This document shows, piece after piece, positions 1 through 12,400 of a DNA stretch of 64,000 nucleotides. Each line of letters opens with the position of its first letter. The first letter of the stretch is position 1. The position numbers and the translations under genes were made by a program. Source of the DNA: a candidate division FCPU426 bacterium (GTDB taxonomy: Bacteria; Oederibacteriota; JAAXVQ01; JAUVAV01). Location of the stretch: positions 62,426 through 126,425 of the forward strand of contig JBFLYH010000002.1 of the NCBI GenBank assembly GCA_040756875.1. Direction: 5' to 3'. The notes under the pieces were generated by a model. It was not told the DNA's origin and searched no databases. It saw nothing but the letters and a program-made list of their open reading frames with translations.

Positions 1-1
1 G

Positions 2-455
2 CTCCAAGGCGGTCAACTGCGGCCGGCTGGCGCGCCGCATCTGGGCCGCGTTCACGAAATCCGCCACGGAAATGGCCCGGCTCACGCCGGACAGGGCGGT
101 GCGGCGCAACCCGCGGGGATACCCGCGGCCATTGAGCCATTCGTGGTGATTGGTGCTTTGCAGGATCTCCGGCTTGTAGCCGAACGCCGAGAGCAGCATT
201 TCGCCCAGACGCGCATGGCTGCGGAGCAGCGACTTTTCTTCCGGACTCAGGGGATCCAGGCGCAGGAGCAAGGCCGGCGGCAGGAGCAGCTTGCCCGCGT
301 CGTGCAGCCAGCCGCCGCGGCGGAACAACTCGACCGCCGCCGGGCCGTACGCCGGGGCCCGGTTGACCAGCCCGTACACCGCCGCCATTTCCGCGGCCAG
401 GTTCCCCACTTCCCACGAATGGCTGAAGGTGAAACCCTGATCATGCCGGTACAGC
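2..455 (-). other. Giant protein: HD-GYP phosphodiesterase domain (partial)
   Basis: TFSHSWEV, GWLHDAGK (HD 299-304), HARLG, HHEWLNGRGYPAGL, ISVAD. Confidence 0.88.
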
Positions 456-3400
456 AGCGTGAGCAGCACCCAGTCCCAGAACGCAGGCCGCAGCCCCGCG
501 GGCATGGCTTTCAAATCCTCGCTGTCCACTTTCCGGACCAGTTCCCGCATTTCAACGACCATCCGCCGCACCCGATTCTGCAAGCGGCCGGACCAGTTGG
601 CTTCCATTTCCTGCGGCGCGCGGATATCGTCGAGCGAGGCCTGGTGCTTCACCAAAATCTTTTCCACGTCCGCGATGATCTCCATGCGCCTGGGCAGGGA
701 GACCAGGCGGCTGGCGGACACCAGTTGCTGGTAGGAGGTGCTGTCTTCGCCGGCGCGCGCGGCCAAGGGGCGCCAGGTGCGGATCCAGGCGGCCAGGGCC
801 AGACGGATGCCCTGGAACGGACGGGCCAGGCGGTTGCGCACCTCGGAGGCCATCCAGGCTTCAATGACCGCTTCGGGATTCGAGTCCGCGTTGGGATCCA
901 CGAAGTACCGGTAGCCGTGGGGCTGGTCCTTGGCGTCGCCCAGGAACAAGCCGTCCTCGGGAACCAGCTGGTTTTTATTGTCCGCGATCAGGGGCTGCAG
1001 GTCGTCCTCGATGACCTCGCCGGTAAACACGCCGCGGGTGTTGAAAACCAGGCGGTTGCCCCTGACCTCGGATACCACGACGCCGCGCGTCTCCAGGGTC
1101 CGGTTGATTTCTCCCCGGTTGAAGAACATCTGCAGCGATTGCTCGCTGCTACGGCTGCGCACGGCCACCTGGATGTCCTTGGCGCCGGTCGCGACCCGCA
1201 GCCGGTCCGTCAACTCCAGGAAACGCCCGTTAAGCTGCCAGGATGCGGCCTGGCGCCGCAGATGTCCGAGCGTCAGGCGGTCTTTGAGCACCGCCAGATA
1301 ATTGCGGTACGCAGGGGCGGAAACCTCGGCGTCGAACCGCTGCCGGGCCTGGTTGTACGCCGTGGTGAACGTTTCGCGTTCCTCCGGATTGCGGATGGAC
1401 ACGGCGGCAATGTCGCGCAGGCTGAAGCCTTGCTCGGACCGGGGCAAGGTGATGGTTTCGTTGAAATCCGCGTAAATCGTGATCGGCTGGCCGGCGTGGA
1501 GCAGCCGGAAAGCCAGCTTGAGCGCCCCGCGCCGCACCCGCCTTCCCCACTCACGCCAGTCCAGGGCCCGGTTGCCTTCCAGATTGACGAGCAGGTGGGC
1601 TGCCGACACCAGCGGCACGAACAGGCCGGCGAACAGCAGCCCGCTGGGATTCAAGCCCAGTTGCAAAGCGGCCAGCAGCACTCCGGTGAGCCCGGTGATG
1701 CGCACCAAGGGCGCGCTAAACGCCAGCCCCAACGCCGCGCGCCAGGCCAGCGGCCGGCCGGCGGCGTCCTTCGCTCCCACGGCGTGCAGAAGATGCCATG
1801 CCAGTTGGAACAGACCGAACAGCGCCCAGAAGGGCGGCCCCATGGCCAGGGGCAGGCCGAACGCCCACACCAGCAGCAGATGCGACGCCAGGGTCAGGGC
1901 GCCCACAAACCAGCCGGATTCGACGAGGGCGGGCAGGAGCGCCTGGCCGAGGAACCGCCCCCAGCGGGGCTGGCCGCGCTGGGCCGCCCGCTGCTCCATG
2001 CGGTCGTACCACCCTTGCAGCCACGGCCAGCGTCCGCCGGCCGCCGGCGCCGGGGCGCGGACCGCGGCTTGCTCGCTGTTCAGATCCTGCGCCACCTGCT
2101 GCAACAGTTGCTGCAAGGCAAACCGTTCGTCCAGCTTGTCGAGCAATTCCTGGGGCAGCACCGCCTGGCCCGAGGCTTCCAGCAATGCCTGGTGTTGAAG
2201 CTCCAATCCGTTCTGGTCCAGGCTCATCAGCCTCAGGTAATCCGCGGCCAAACGGGCGCTGTTGTCCTCCAGATACTGTTTCTGCCTGAGCGTGTCCCAG
2301 TGTTCGATGCGTTGTTCTTCCCAGGCGCGCGTCCGGATATAGGCCCACAAGCCCGAATCCTCCTGGACCTGGTTCAGGTTGGCGTAAACCGCCGAGAGCT
2401 GCGGCGAGATCCCGGCACCCAGATCCTGCCAGCGGGCGACGCTGAGTTTGGCGGCCTGGGCCAGTTCGGCGTCCAGCTGTTTGAGCCGCCCCAGCAGTTC
2501 ATTGACCCGGATCTCCTCCTCCGTGACCGGCTGGTCGCTCCGGATGCGCGCCGGCTCGCTGGGCGGACGCGGCAGGATCTGGGGCGTCAAGCCGCGCCGG
2601 TCCCGGTTCAGCAGTTGGGTGCGCGACAACAACACGACATCCTTCGGCTCCTCGGCGTCCGTGGCATGCTCAGGGCCCAGGATGGCCGGCAGCACCTCGG
2701 CCAGGCGGCCTTTCTGCCGGCTGCGCAGCGCGAGGGTCTCATCGCCCACCTGCAGGGTCTCGGGCAGCTGGACGTTGTAGCCGGCCATGCGCGCGTTTTC
2801 CACGGCCAGGGCCAGGAGGCGGCGGTGAGTGTAGTCGATGTCCGGATGGTACCTGTTGGCCGAATCCAGCCACCACCAGAAATCGGAATTCACGGCCTGC
2901 AACAGGTAATACCAGGCCAGCTGGGTGTAGTCCTGGGGATAGATCACGGGCTGGTCGCGGTACCGGGTGTCCACGCCGGCCGCGCCGAACGCTTTGATCA
3001 CCGCGTCGGTCAGGGCCCAGGCTTTGCGCTGCTCGGGCGTGTTGCCCGCCCAGCGGGAGAAGGACCCCAGCCGGCTGCTGGCTCCGGTGCGGTTGACGGC
3101 CGCGCGCACCTGGCGGCCCTGCTGTTCCAGCAGCCGCGTGCGCAGGTGCTGCTGCGCCGGTAGGCTCATCTCCATGTCCTGGAAATCTTCGCCGCGATAG
3201 TCGGGGCTGGGATTGGTGCGGTTGAGCAGCGTGAAGACCTGCTTCCAGAAATAGAGCCAGCCGCCTTCCTGCCCCACCTGACGGAAGAAGGGTGCGGAGC
3301 GCTCGCCGTCGATCATAAAGGAGATTTCGAACTGGCTGGGCAGGCCCAGTTGCCGGGCTTTGTTCTCGTATTCGGGAGCGTGCTGGCGCGGTCCCCAGCC

Positions 3401-6400
3401 GGGCCGGGGACGCAGCAAATGATCGTAGGCCAGAATCAACGCCGCGGACAGGCCCGCGGATTTGCCGCGGGCGTCTCCCAGTTCGTCCCTGGCCACATCT
3501 TTGGCGGATTGGGGGTAAAGCGTGATTTTGTGTTGAATGCCTTCCGCTTCCCACTGGTAATAAAACCCGGCCTGGTCGTCCAAGGGCGCAATCTGCCCCT
3601 GGTGCATCTTCAACAGCTGCTGCAGAAACGTCTCGGTTACGAAGACATTCCGGATCCCGTGGGCATGCAGACGCCGCAGGGTGTCCTCGTCCAGGCCGTC
3701 CTCGCCGGGCCAGAGCGAATAGAACGGCATGTCGAAAAAGTCTTCCATCAAGGCGGTCATGTAATCCAGGGCGAACTCCGCCATTTCCGGATGCTTGAAA
3801 TCCACTGCATACTGATCGCTGCCGCCGGCGGCCTGCAGAGCACTATTCTGGTCCGTCACCACGGGATAGATGAGATGCGGCGCCGCGGCGGCCAGTTCCA
3901 CCTGTCCGGTCGCGGACAACGGCAGGAGCCCCAGGGCTTCGCGCCGGGCGTCTTCGCGCCGCACGGCGAGCCCGAAGGAAATCTGATCGCGGTCCGCGGC
4001 CTCCACCACCGTGTTCACGGCCACCAGCCGCGCGGCCGGCGCGATCATGGACAGCACGCGGGTCTGGTCCCGGGCAAACGCCAGGCAGACCGCCTCGTCG
4101 CGCGCCAAGGCGGGCAAATCGGTCTGGGAGGTGTACCAGTACGAAAAATTCACCGTATGGGTGACCGGTTCGCCGGCGCGGTTGAGGCCCAGCAGGACCG
4201 TGCCAGCCGGACGCAGGCTGGGATCGATCCAGGCCGCGGCCTGGCCCAACAACAGCCCCTTGACCTGGGCCTTGAACGCCAGCCCCTGCTCTTCACCGGC
4301 CAGACGCTGCTTCACATATTCCCGGAGTATGCCCGGGGCGTCGAAATAACCGGCCTGGATGAAGCGTTCAACCCGTTCCGCGGGATTCTCCACCGCCAGC
4401 AGGGCCGCCATCCCCTCCGGCATTCCGGTTTTGTATCCCTCGGCTAAAAATTGCAGGTAATCGAGCAAAAGGGTTTCGCGCAGGCGGCGGTAGGCCGGGA
4501 CTTCCTGCACCAAGTTCCGTTCAACAGCGCGGTCCATTTTCAAGGCCAGGAACAGGTCGTCAGCCGTCCAGTCGGAGAACGGCTTGACGGTGAGCCGGTA
4601 GAGCGGATCCACCGCCGTAGCGCCCTCCTTGCCGCTTTCGTCCAGGAATTGCCCGATGATCGTGGCGCGGGCAGTCTGCGCCTGTTCCTCGGTCCAGCCT
4701 TCGGCCGCGCGGCGCTCGTTTACGTCCGCCAGGGGCTCCCACAACCAGGTTTCCGCGGCCCGCACCTGGTTCCGCAGCTGGTCCACTAGTGAGGCCGAAA
4801 GGTTCACGGTCAGTTTCGCCCCGCGCAGGGCCGGATCATACATCGCGGCGAAAGTGGGATAGTAGGTCCGGAGGCCGTGGAAACGCGCCCAGGCGGATTC
4901 CGACTGGTCGCTGCCCATGGGCTGGTGGTCGTTGAAAACGATCTGTATTTTCTTGGGGCGGTTGAGCAGTTCCAGGCTTTGCTGCAACTGGCGCTCCGTG
5001 GGCGAAATGAGGGCGGCCTCGATGCGCTGGGCCAGATAATGCCGTTTGACCGGCGGCACGGCCGGAAGTTCGGGCCGCAGCCGGCTGCGGTATTGCTGCA
5101 GGAAGAAGCGCGTGGTATGCCCGATCAAGGCCAGGCCCGAAGCCAGGATCGCGGTGCCGATCAGGCGGCCCATGGTCACCACCGGCCCGCCGAAGAGCCA
5201 CAAGGCGGCCGCGCCCAGCACGACGGCCAGGGGCAGCGGGCTGGCCAGAAGATTGAACGCGCGGCCGCGGAGCAGGCGCTGGATCGAAGGATACTGCAGG
5301 TACCCGGCTGATTCGAGGAACGAAAACACCGCCTGGGCCGTGGCCCGCCAGTATCCCTGCCCCGCGGCCTCGTAGATGAGGTACCGCAGGATGGCCAGCT
5401 GGAAGGAACGGTCCAGGGCGTCGAAGTGCTTGTGCACGTAGATGATCGGCTGCTGGGCCACGGTCTCGCTGCTGCCCAGGCGCAGGCCCTGGGTGAAGCG
5501 GGAGGAGAGCGATTGTTCGGGCAGGACGCGGAAGATCGGGCGGCGGTAGCCTTCCGGCAGCCGTCCGTTGCGCTCGACTTCCTCGAGCACGTCCTGCAGG
5601 CGCCGGTAGACCGAGGAATTGGTCAGCGCCGGAGTGGCGGGCCTGGCCAGCCGCGCATAATAATATAGGAAGCGCGGGCCGTAGCTGGCCAGCAGCGTGA
5701 GCAAGGTGAGGGCCAGCCAGATGCCAAAGAAGGCCCGGGTGCCGGGGCCGAAGAACCACGCCAGGCTGGCGCCGAAGGCCAGCGTGGCCAGGACCGCGCC
5801 CAGGACCCGCAGGGGCGGGATGCCGTAGTAGCCCAGAGTCGCCCGTTCCAGCAGCGGCCGCGTCAGTGGCGTGGCGCGGCGGTATTCCTGCTGGCTGCCC
5901 AAAAGCCCGGCGGCGAAACCCATGGCCAGGTACTGCAGGCGGATCATCTCGGCCCGGTCGCCCTTGATGCGGGCGGTTTCGGTCTGCTCGGCCAGGCCGT
6001 TCAAATACCCCAGCACCTGCCGGTTGGCCGTGCCGCCCGTGGGATCGGCCAGCAGGCTGGCGAGATACCCCAGCAGGTATCCTCCCCGGTGCCGTTGATT
6101 GTAATTGTCGTCCCCCTGGGCGTTGAACAGCATGACCTGGTCGACCAGCGGGCTCTTCTCCTCCAGCAGGCGCTCGAACCCATCCACCAGGCCGTTCAGG
6201 TTGGCGGCCGGACTGCGCCCCACTTCCTCGCGCCGGTCCACGTTGTAGAACGACCACGCAAAGGGCTCGAAGCGGCCCTGCACGCTGAGCCGCTCCAATT
6301 GCGCCGGACCCAGTTGCAGGGCCAGCGCCTGGGCCTGGCCGCGGCCTTCGGCCAGGTGGAGTTCGCGCTCCTGGTCCTGGCGGTCCAGATAATGCAAGTA

Positions 6401-9400
6401 CTCCACCATCTCCCGGGCCACGCGTTGGGTGCTGATTGCCTCGGACTGGCCCAGGGAGGCGCGGAGCAGGCGCGCCTGCCCGCCCGGGCGCCGGAGTTCG
6501 GCGTTGGCCTGCTGGAAGGCCCGCATCAGGGCTTGCGGCGTGAAACTGCGGCGGTTGCCGTCGTCCGGGTCCGTGGTGTCGTACGGCAGCAGGAAGGAGT
6601 TGAACTGGTCCTGCGAAAACCGGGTGCCCGCGGGGAACTGCCCGGGATAGTCGGCCTCCTGGCCGCGGTACACGCAAAACTCGGGGATCGCCCCGTCCGG
6701 CGAGGCGATGACCACCGTGCCGTTGGCCAGGTCTTTCATGAAGCCCGTGGCCGAGGCTTCGCGGCCCTCGTTCGACCCCATGACCGTGCCGTCCATGCCC
6801 GCGGCCAGGGTGCGCATGTCCATGGTGTTGAAATTGGGGAAGAACAGGACGCGGTCCCTGAGCGCCGGATGGGCGTTGATCAGGTTGAGGAAAGCCTGCA
6901 CCAGTTTCTGGCTGCCCTGGTCGTCTTCGTGCACCCGGCCGCCGAAAACCATGACCATGTCCTCCTTCAGGAACTGCTCGCGCAAGGAGTCGTCGGCCAG
7001 CAGCTGGTAGAGCTTTTTCAGCTGTTTGTAGTCCACCACGCGGCGGGTCCAGTGGAAGAAGCGCATGCCCGCCACCCGCTCCTTCCAGCCCGCGTCCAGG
7101 CCGCAGTTCTCGACCAGCAGGTCCTGCATGGCTGACCGGGCCTTGGCTTTCTCGGCCACCAGCTGCTCGTCGCTCTGTCGCGCCCAACCGCGGAACCCCG
7201 GCCACTGCCAGAACTTCAGGTTGACGCCGTTGGTGATGGAGACCACTTTGTCCCGCACCCGGCGGTAGGTGGGCATGGTGCGCATGGTCTGGGCGTGGAG
7301 TTTGGCCACGCCGTACAGGCCGTGCGCCAGGGCCGCGATCATGCCGGTGATATGGATTGTGTCCCCTTCCAGGGCCAGGCGCAGCAGATCCGGGTTGAGC
7401 CGGTACCGTTCCAGGAAGCCCTTGCTCTCCTTCATGTGCGCGTATTCCAGGGGCGTATGGTCGTTGAACACGAATTTGGCCCGGCCCAGAGTCTCCTGGA
7501 ATTCGTCCTGCACCAGGGCCGGCAGGGCGAACGTGCCGGCGCTCATTTCGGAGACGATGACCGTGTCCGGGTTGATGCCGAGTTTGGCCAAAAGCGCCAG
7601 GTAGCCCCGGCCGATCAGGTAGCTTTGCTCCATCTCGATCCGCTTCTTGCGCTCCCATTCCGGGTCTTTCTGGAAACGCTCGGCGCCGTGCTTGTCGGCC
7701 GAGCCCGCGTAAGCCACGTCGAAGACATTGGGTTCGGTCTCGGCCGGATCGAAATCATCCAGGTAGTAGGTGACGCTGTCCGTATCCTGGTCGTAATCCT
7801 CCCAGACCCGGACTTTGCGCAGGCGCTGGTCGTAAAGCGGCACTTCGAGCACCAGCTGCTGGCCCGGATGCTCGGGGTCCGGGGCCGGCCGCAGCGCGGA
7901 ACGGAGCACATCGCCGGTCGTGACCTGCTGCAGGCTGAATTCCGGGTAGGTCACGCCCGCTTCGCCCAGGGTTTTCACCTGCTGCATCCAGACTTTTTGG
8001 TAGAGAGGCGCCACGCTGACCACGCGCCGGATGCCCGGGTCCACGGCCAGGTCCTCCAGGCGGTCGCGCAGGAGCGGCCCGATGCCGCCCACGGACATGG
8101 ACATGCACATGGTCTGCAGCACCTTCCGGACGCTGCCGGCTTGCCGGATGGCTTCGTCCAGGCGCTGCCGCCAGGGATGCCGCGGGTTCTCCAGGGCCTG
8201 TCGCGCGGCCTGTTCCATGCGCAGCGTCAGCCGGCTTTCCACGGTCAGTTCCACCACGGTCTTGGCGTGCGGAGCCGTGGTCGCCAGGCGGGCCAGATGT
8301 TCGTAATGGACCTCGCGCGGCCAGTCGAACGCCCGCAGCCTGGCCACGGCCGCTTCGTGGCCTTCGCGCAGGCTGAGGAGTTCGTGCAGCAGCAGGTAGC
8401 GCAAGCCGTCCGGAAAGGCGTTGCCCAGGCGCTCGCGGAAGAAGCGCAGGCGTTCGCCGCTGATGAAGAGGTATTGGATTTCCTGGCCCTCGAACACCGG
8501 GAACATCGTGCCGCGGTTGATCAGTTCGAACAGCTCCCGGCCGGGCCCGGACAGCCGGTCCACGAGTTTGGGGTCCGCTTCGCGCACCTGCAGCCAGCCC
8601 TTGACTTCCCTGGCTTCGTAGCCGCGCAGCAGTTCCGCGTACTGCGGATCCGCGAACAACCCGTCGATGGCATCGGCCAGCTCGTGCTCCCACTGCCGCT
8701 GTTCCACGGCCAGCCGCCGGTTGGCCGCCTGGCGGCCCAGGCCCAGCCGGTTCAGCAGGCCGTCGAACACTTCAGCTTCGGTAAACAGCTGGCCGGCCGC
8801 CACGGCGGCGGCCAGGGGTCCGGTTTTTTCCAGCTGTCCGGCCAGCTGCAGGACCTGGCCCCCGAAAGTGCTGTTGAGGAACGCGTAGGCTTCGGTCTCC
8901 CGCGCCTGCGGCTGGACCACAAACGCGAATCCGGCTTTGGGCCCGCCCACCAGGTTCACCACGGCGTGCGTCCCCACGATCACGGCCAGCGCCAGGCCCG
9001 CGAACAGGTAGCCTGTGGGATTGAGCAGCAATTGCAGCGTGGCCAAGGCCAGCCCGGTCAGGCTCGTGATCCGCAGCAGCGGCAGCGAGAACAGCGGCCG
9101 CCAGTGCTGCTGAACGAAAGCGCGGACAGCGATTCCGCCGCGAGCCTGCCAGGGCATGTGCCCCAGGTGCCAGGCCACCTGCAGCACGCCGAAGGTCGCC
9201 CAGAACGGCGGACCCAGGGCGAACGGCAGGCCGAACGCCAGGCTGAGCAGGAACGCGCCGGCCAAACTCAGCGCGCCCACGAACAGGCCGGATTCAACGG
9301 CCGCCGGCACCAGGGCTTGGCCCGCCACCCACCCCAGGTGTTTGCCCAGCACGCGGCTTGCCCCGGCTTCCACGCGGTCGTACCAACCCGCCAGCCACGG

Positions 9401-12400
9401 CCAGCGGCCGCGGGTGGCCTTTTTGTTGAGATAATAAGTCAGCAGCATCCGCTGGGTCTGTTCTTCCGCCTCGTTGATGCTCAAGGCGCCGGCCGGCACC
9501 CGGGTGACCTCGCCGCCGGGCGCGAGCATGAAAGAATCCCGGGGCACGAGCCGACCCTGCGTCTTTTGGTACATGGTCAGAAACATCCGCTGGTCTTCCT
9601 CATCGCCAGTCAGCAGGTAGCCGCCCTCGCGGACGTCCTGTCCCATTTGCAGGATCCGCTGCTCGCGCTGATCCTTGTACATGTACAGCACGTTGAAGCA
9701 GATCTTCAGGTCCGCCGGCACGTTCTGGCCGAAGGAGGCCTGCACGACCTCAAAGCCGTTGGCCGCGGCAAAAGCGGCAAAGGGCTGTTCGACCACCCGC
9801 AGGTTCGCGGACAAGGTCCCGGCCTGATGGCGTTGGAACCACTCCGACATTTCCTGCAGCCGGCTTTCGTCGTAAACCGTCGTGCCGCCGGACTGGAAGC
9901 CGGCCAGGAACCTGCCAGCCTGGTCGTAATAGGCGAACTCGCCGGTCTGGGCGTCCGTGACGGACCAGGCCGGGACCAAAACATCGCTGCCTTTGACCAT
10001 GGCCTCGGGATTCAGGGCGTGGACCGCGGCAGAGAGGTTGGCCACCGTGACCGGGACCGGACCGCCCAGCCCGATGTTTTCGACCACCACGTTGTTCCTG
10101 CGGGACAGCATGCGCCGCAGCGAGCGCTCCCGGCCTAAAAATCTCCATAGAAGATCGAGCCGGTTGGGCCGGGTGTTGATGTTGATGAAGCCCTGGAACG
10201 GCTGGTCGGCCAGGGATTGTTCGAGTTCACGGATTTGCTGCGGAGTCAGGAGCCTCCTCAAGGCCGGTTTGATCAGCATTTGCGTCGCGGCCGTGCGGGC
10301 CCGGGCGATGATGCCGAAGGACGGATGGAAAAGCAACTGGCGCAGGGTGGCGACCGCGGCTGCGCGCTCTTCGTAAGACAGCCAGTCCCAGCGGTCACTG
10401 ATGCGCTTCACCTCGGCCGCGGCTGCGTTGAATTCCATGGCCGGTTGGGCGGCCTGGGCCTGCGCTTCAACCTGCCGGAGCGGAGCCTGCGTCGCTTCCT
10501 GATCGCGGAGGAACCGCGGCGTTTCCCCGGGTCGTGTCTGTATTTCCGCCACCGGCACCACGGCTATTCCGAAAATCAGCCGGACGCTTTCCCAAAACGC
10601 GGCGGCGAAGGTCCTGCCGCCTGCCTGGTCCTGCGGTTGGACCAGGAAAGCCAAACCCGCCTTGGGTCCGGCCACCAGGTTCGCCAGCGCATGCACTCCC
10701 ACCATCACAGCCAGCGCCAGGCCGGCGAACAAATAGCCCGTGGGATTGACCAGCACCTGCAGCGTGGCCAAGGCCAGCCCGGTCAGGCCCGTAATCCGCA
10801 GCAGCGGCAGCGAGAACAGCGGCCGCCAGTGCTGCTGAATGAAAGCGCGGACAGGGGTTCTGGCGCGCGCCTGCCAGGGCATGTGCCCCAGGTGCCAGGC
10901 GGCTTGCAGAATGCCGAACGCCGCCCAGAACGGCGGGCCCAGGGCAAACGGCAGGCCGAAGGCCAGGCTGAGCAGGAATGCGCCGGCCAGGCTCAGCACG
11001 CCCACGAACAGGCCGGATTCAACGGCCGCCGGAAACAGGGCCCGGCCCATCACCCGGCCCAGGCGCTGGCCCAGCACGCGGCTTGCCCGGGCTTCCACGC
11101 GGCTGTACCACTTCTGCAGCCAGGGCCAGCGGCCTGAATCGTGCATCATATGGGCCATGATCAGATTTTCAGTCTGCTTCTCGGCCGCGGCGATGTCCAG
11201 ATGGCCGGCGGGCATTTCGTAGGGCCCTTCGGGCCCCAGCATGACCGTGCGCTGGGGTTGGAGCCGGCCCCTGCGTTTTTCATACACCGTGAAAAAGATG
11301 CGGCTCACCATCCCGTCCCGGCTTTCGTAGGTTTCCTCCTCGCCCACGAGCAGGACCCCGCCCTCGCGGAGGTCCTGGCCCATGTCCGCGATCAAGTCCG
11401 CCTTTTGCCGCGGGTACATGTACAGCATGTTGAAAACCAGTTTCATATCGGCGGAAATGCCCCGGCCAAAGGCCGCGCGGGCGATTTTAAAACCGTGCTC
11501 AGCGGCGTACGTCTGCAGGGGCCGGTGGTTGGCCGTATAGCCCTCGGGCAGCTGCCGGCCGGGCTTCAGCGACGCGAAAAACGCCAGGTCGTCCTGTTCG
11601 GTCACCGCGCCGCCGGTGGATATGCGAAAAACGCCCATCAACCCGCCGTTCTCATCGTAATAAGCGAAACGTTCGTTGGCTGCGTCCGTGATCGACCACT
11701 CGGGCACCAGGATGTCGCTGCCCACGACCAGGGCCTGGGGATTGAGGCTGTGCACGGTTTCGGCCAATTCGGCCACGGTGGACGGTTCCTGGCCGCCGAG
11801 CCCGATGTTCTCCACCACGCGCCGGCCCGGTTTCCGCAGCAACCCGCCCAGCATGGCGTCCGTGGCGAGGAATTGGTTCAAGGCCTGGAGGCGGTTGGGC
11901 TGGGTGGACAGATTGATGAATCCCTGGTATGCCTGCCTGGCCAGGGCGTGCTCCAGGGCGGCCTGCTGTTCCGGCGTCAGCAGCGCGCGCAGGTCATTGA
12001 TGTTGAGCAGGGCCAGGGCGGACTGGCGCGCGCGCGCCACCACGGCAAAGCGCGGATCGGCCAGCCGCTCCGCGACCAGCGCCACCGCGGCTGCGCGCTT
12101 GGCGGCTGTGAAGGATTTGAAATCGACTTCCGCGCTGACCAGCCTCCGGATCGTGCCGCCCAGGGCGGGCAAGGCCAGCACCGGCCACTTCAAGTTCGGG
12201 AAAGTCCGCGCCACCCAGTTGTTGAGGCTGTGAATCAGCGACGACGCCAGGAACGCGGCCAGGCCGCCGGTTAGGGGCAGGTTGGCCTGGCTCAGGCCAA
12301 AACTTACGGCAAAATACACGGCCCCCAGCAGCAAGGTCATTCCGCCGGCAGCCAGCCACTGCCTGGTGGTCCAGCCTTGGTCCCGGTGCGCGACCAGGAA

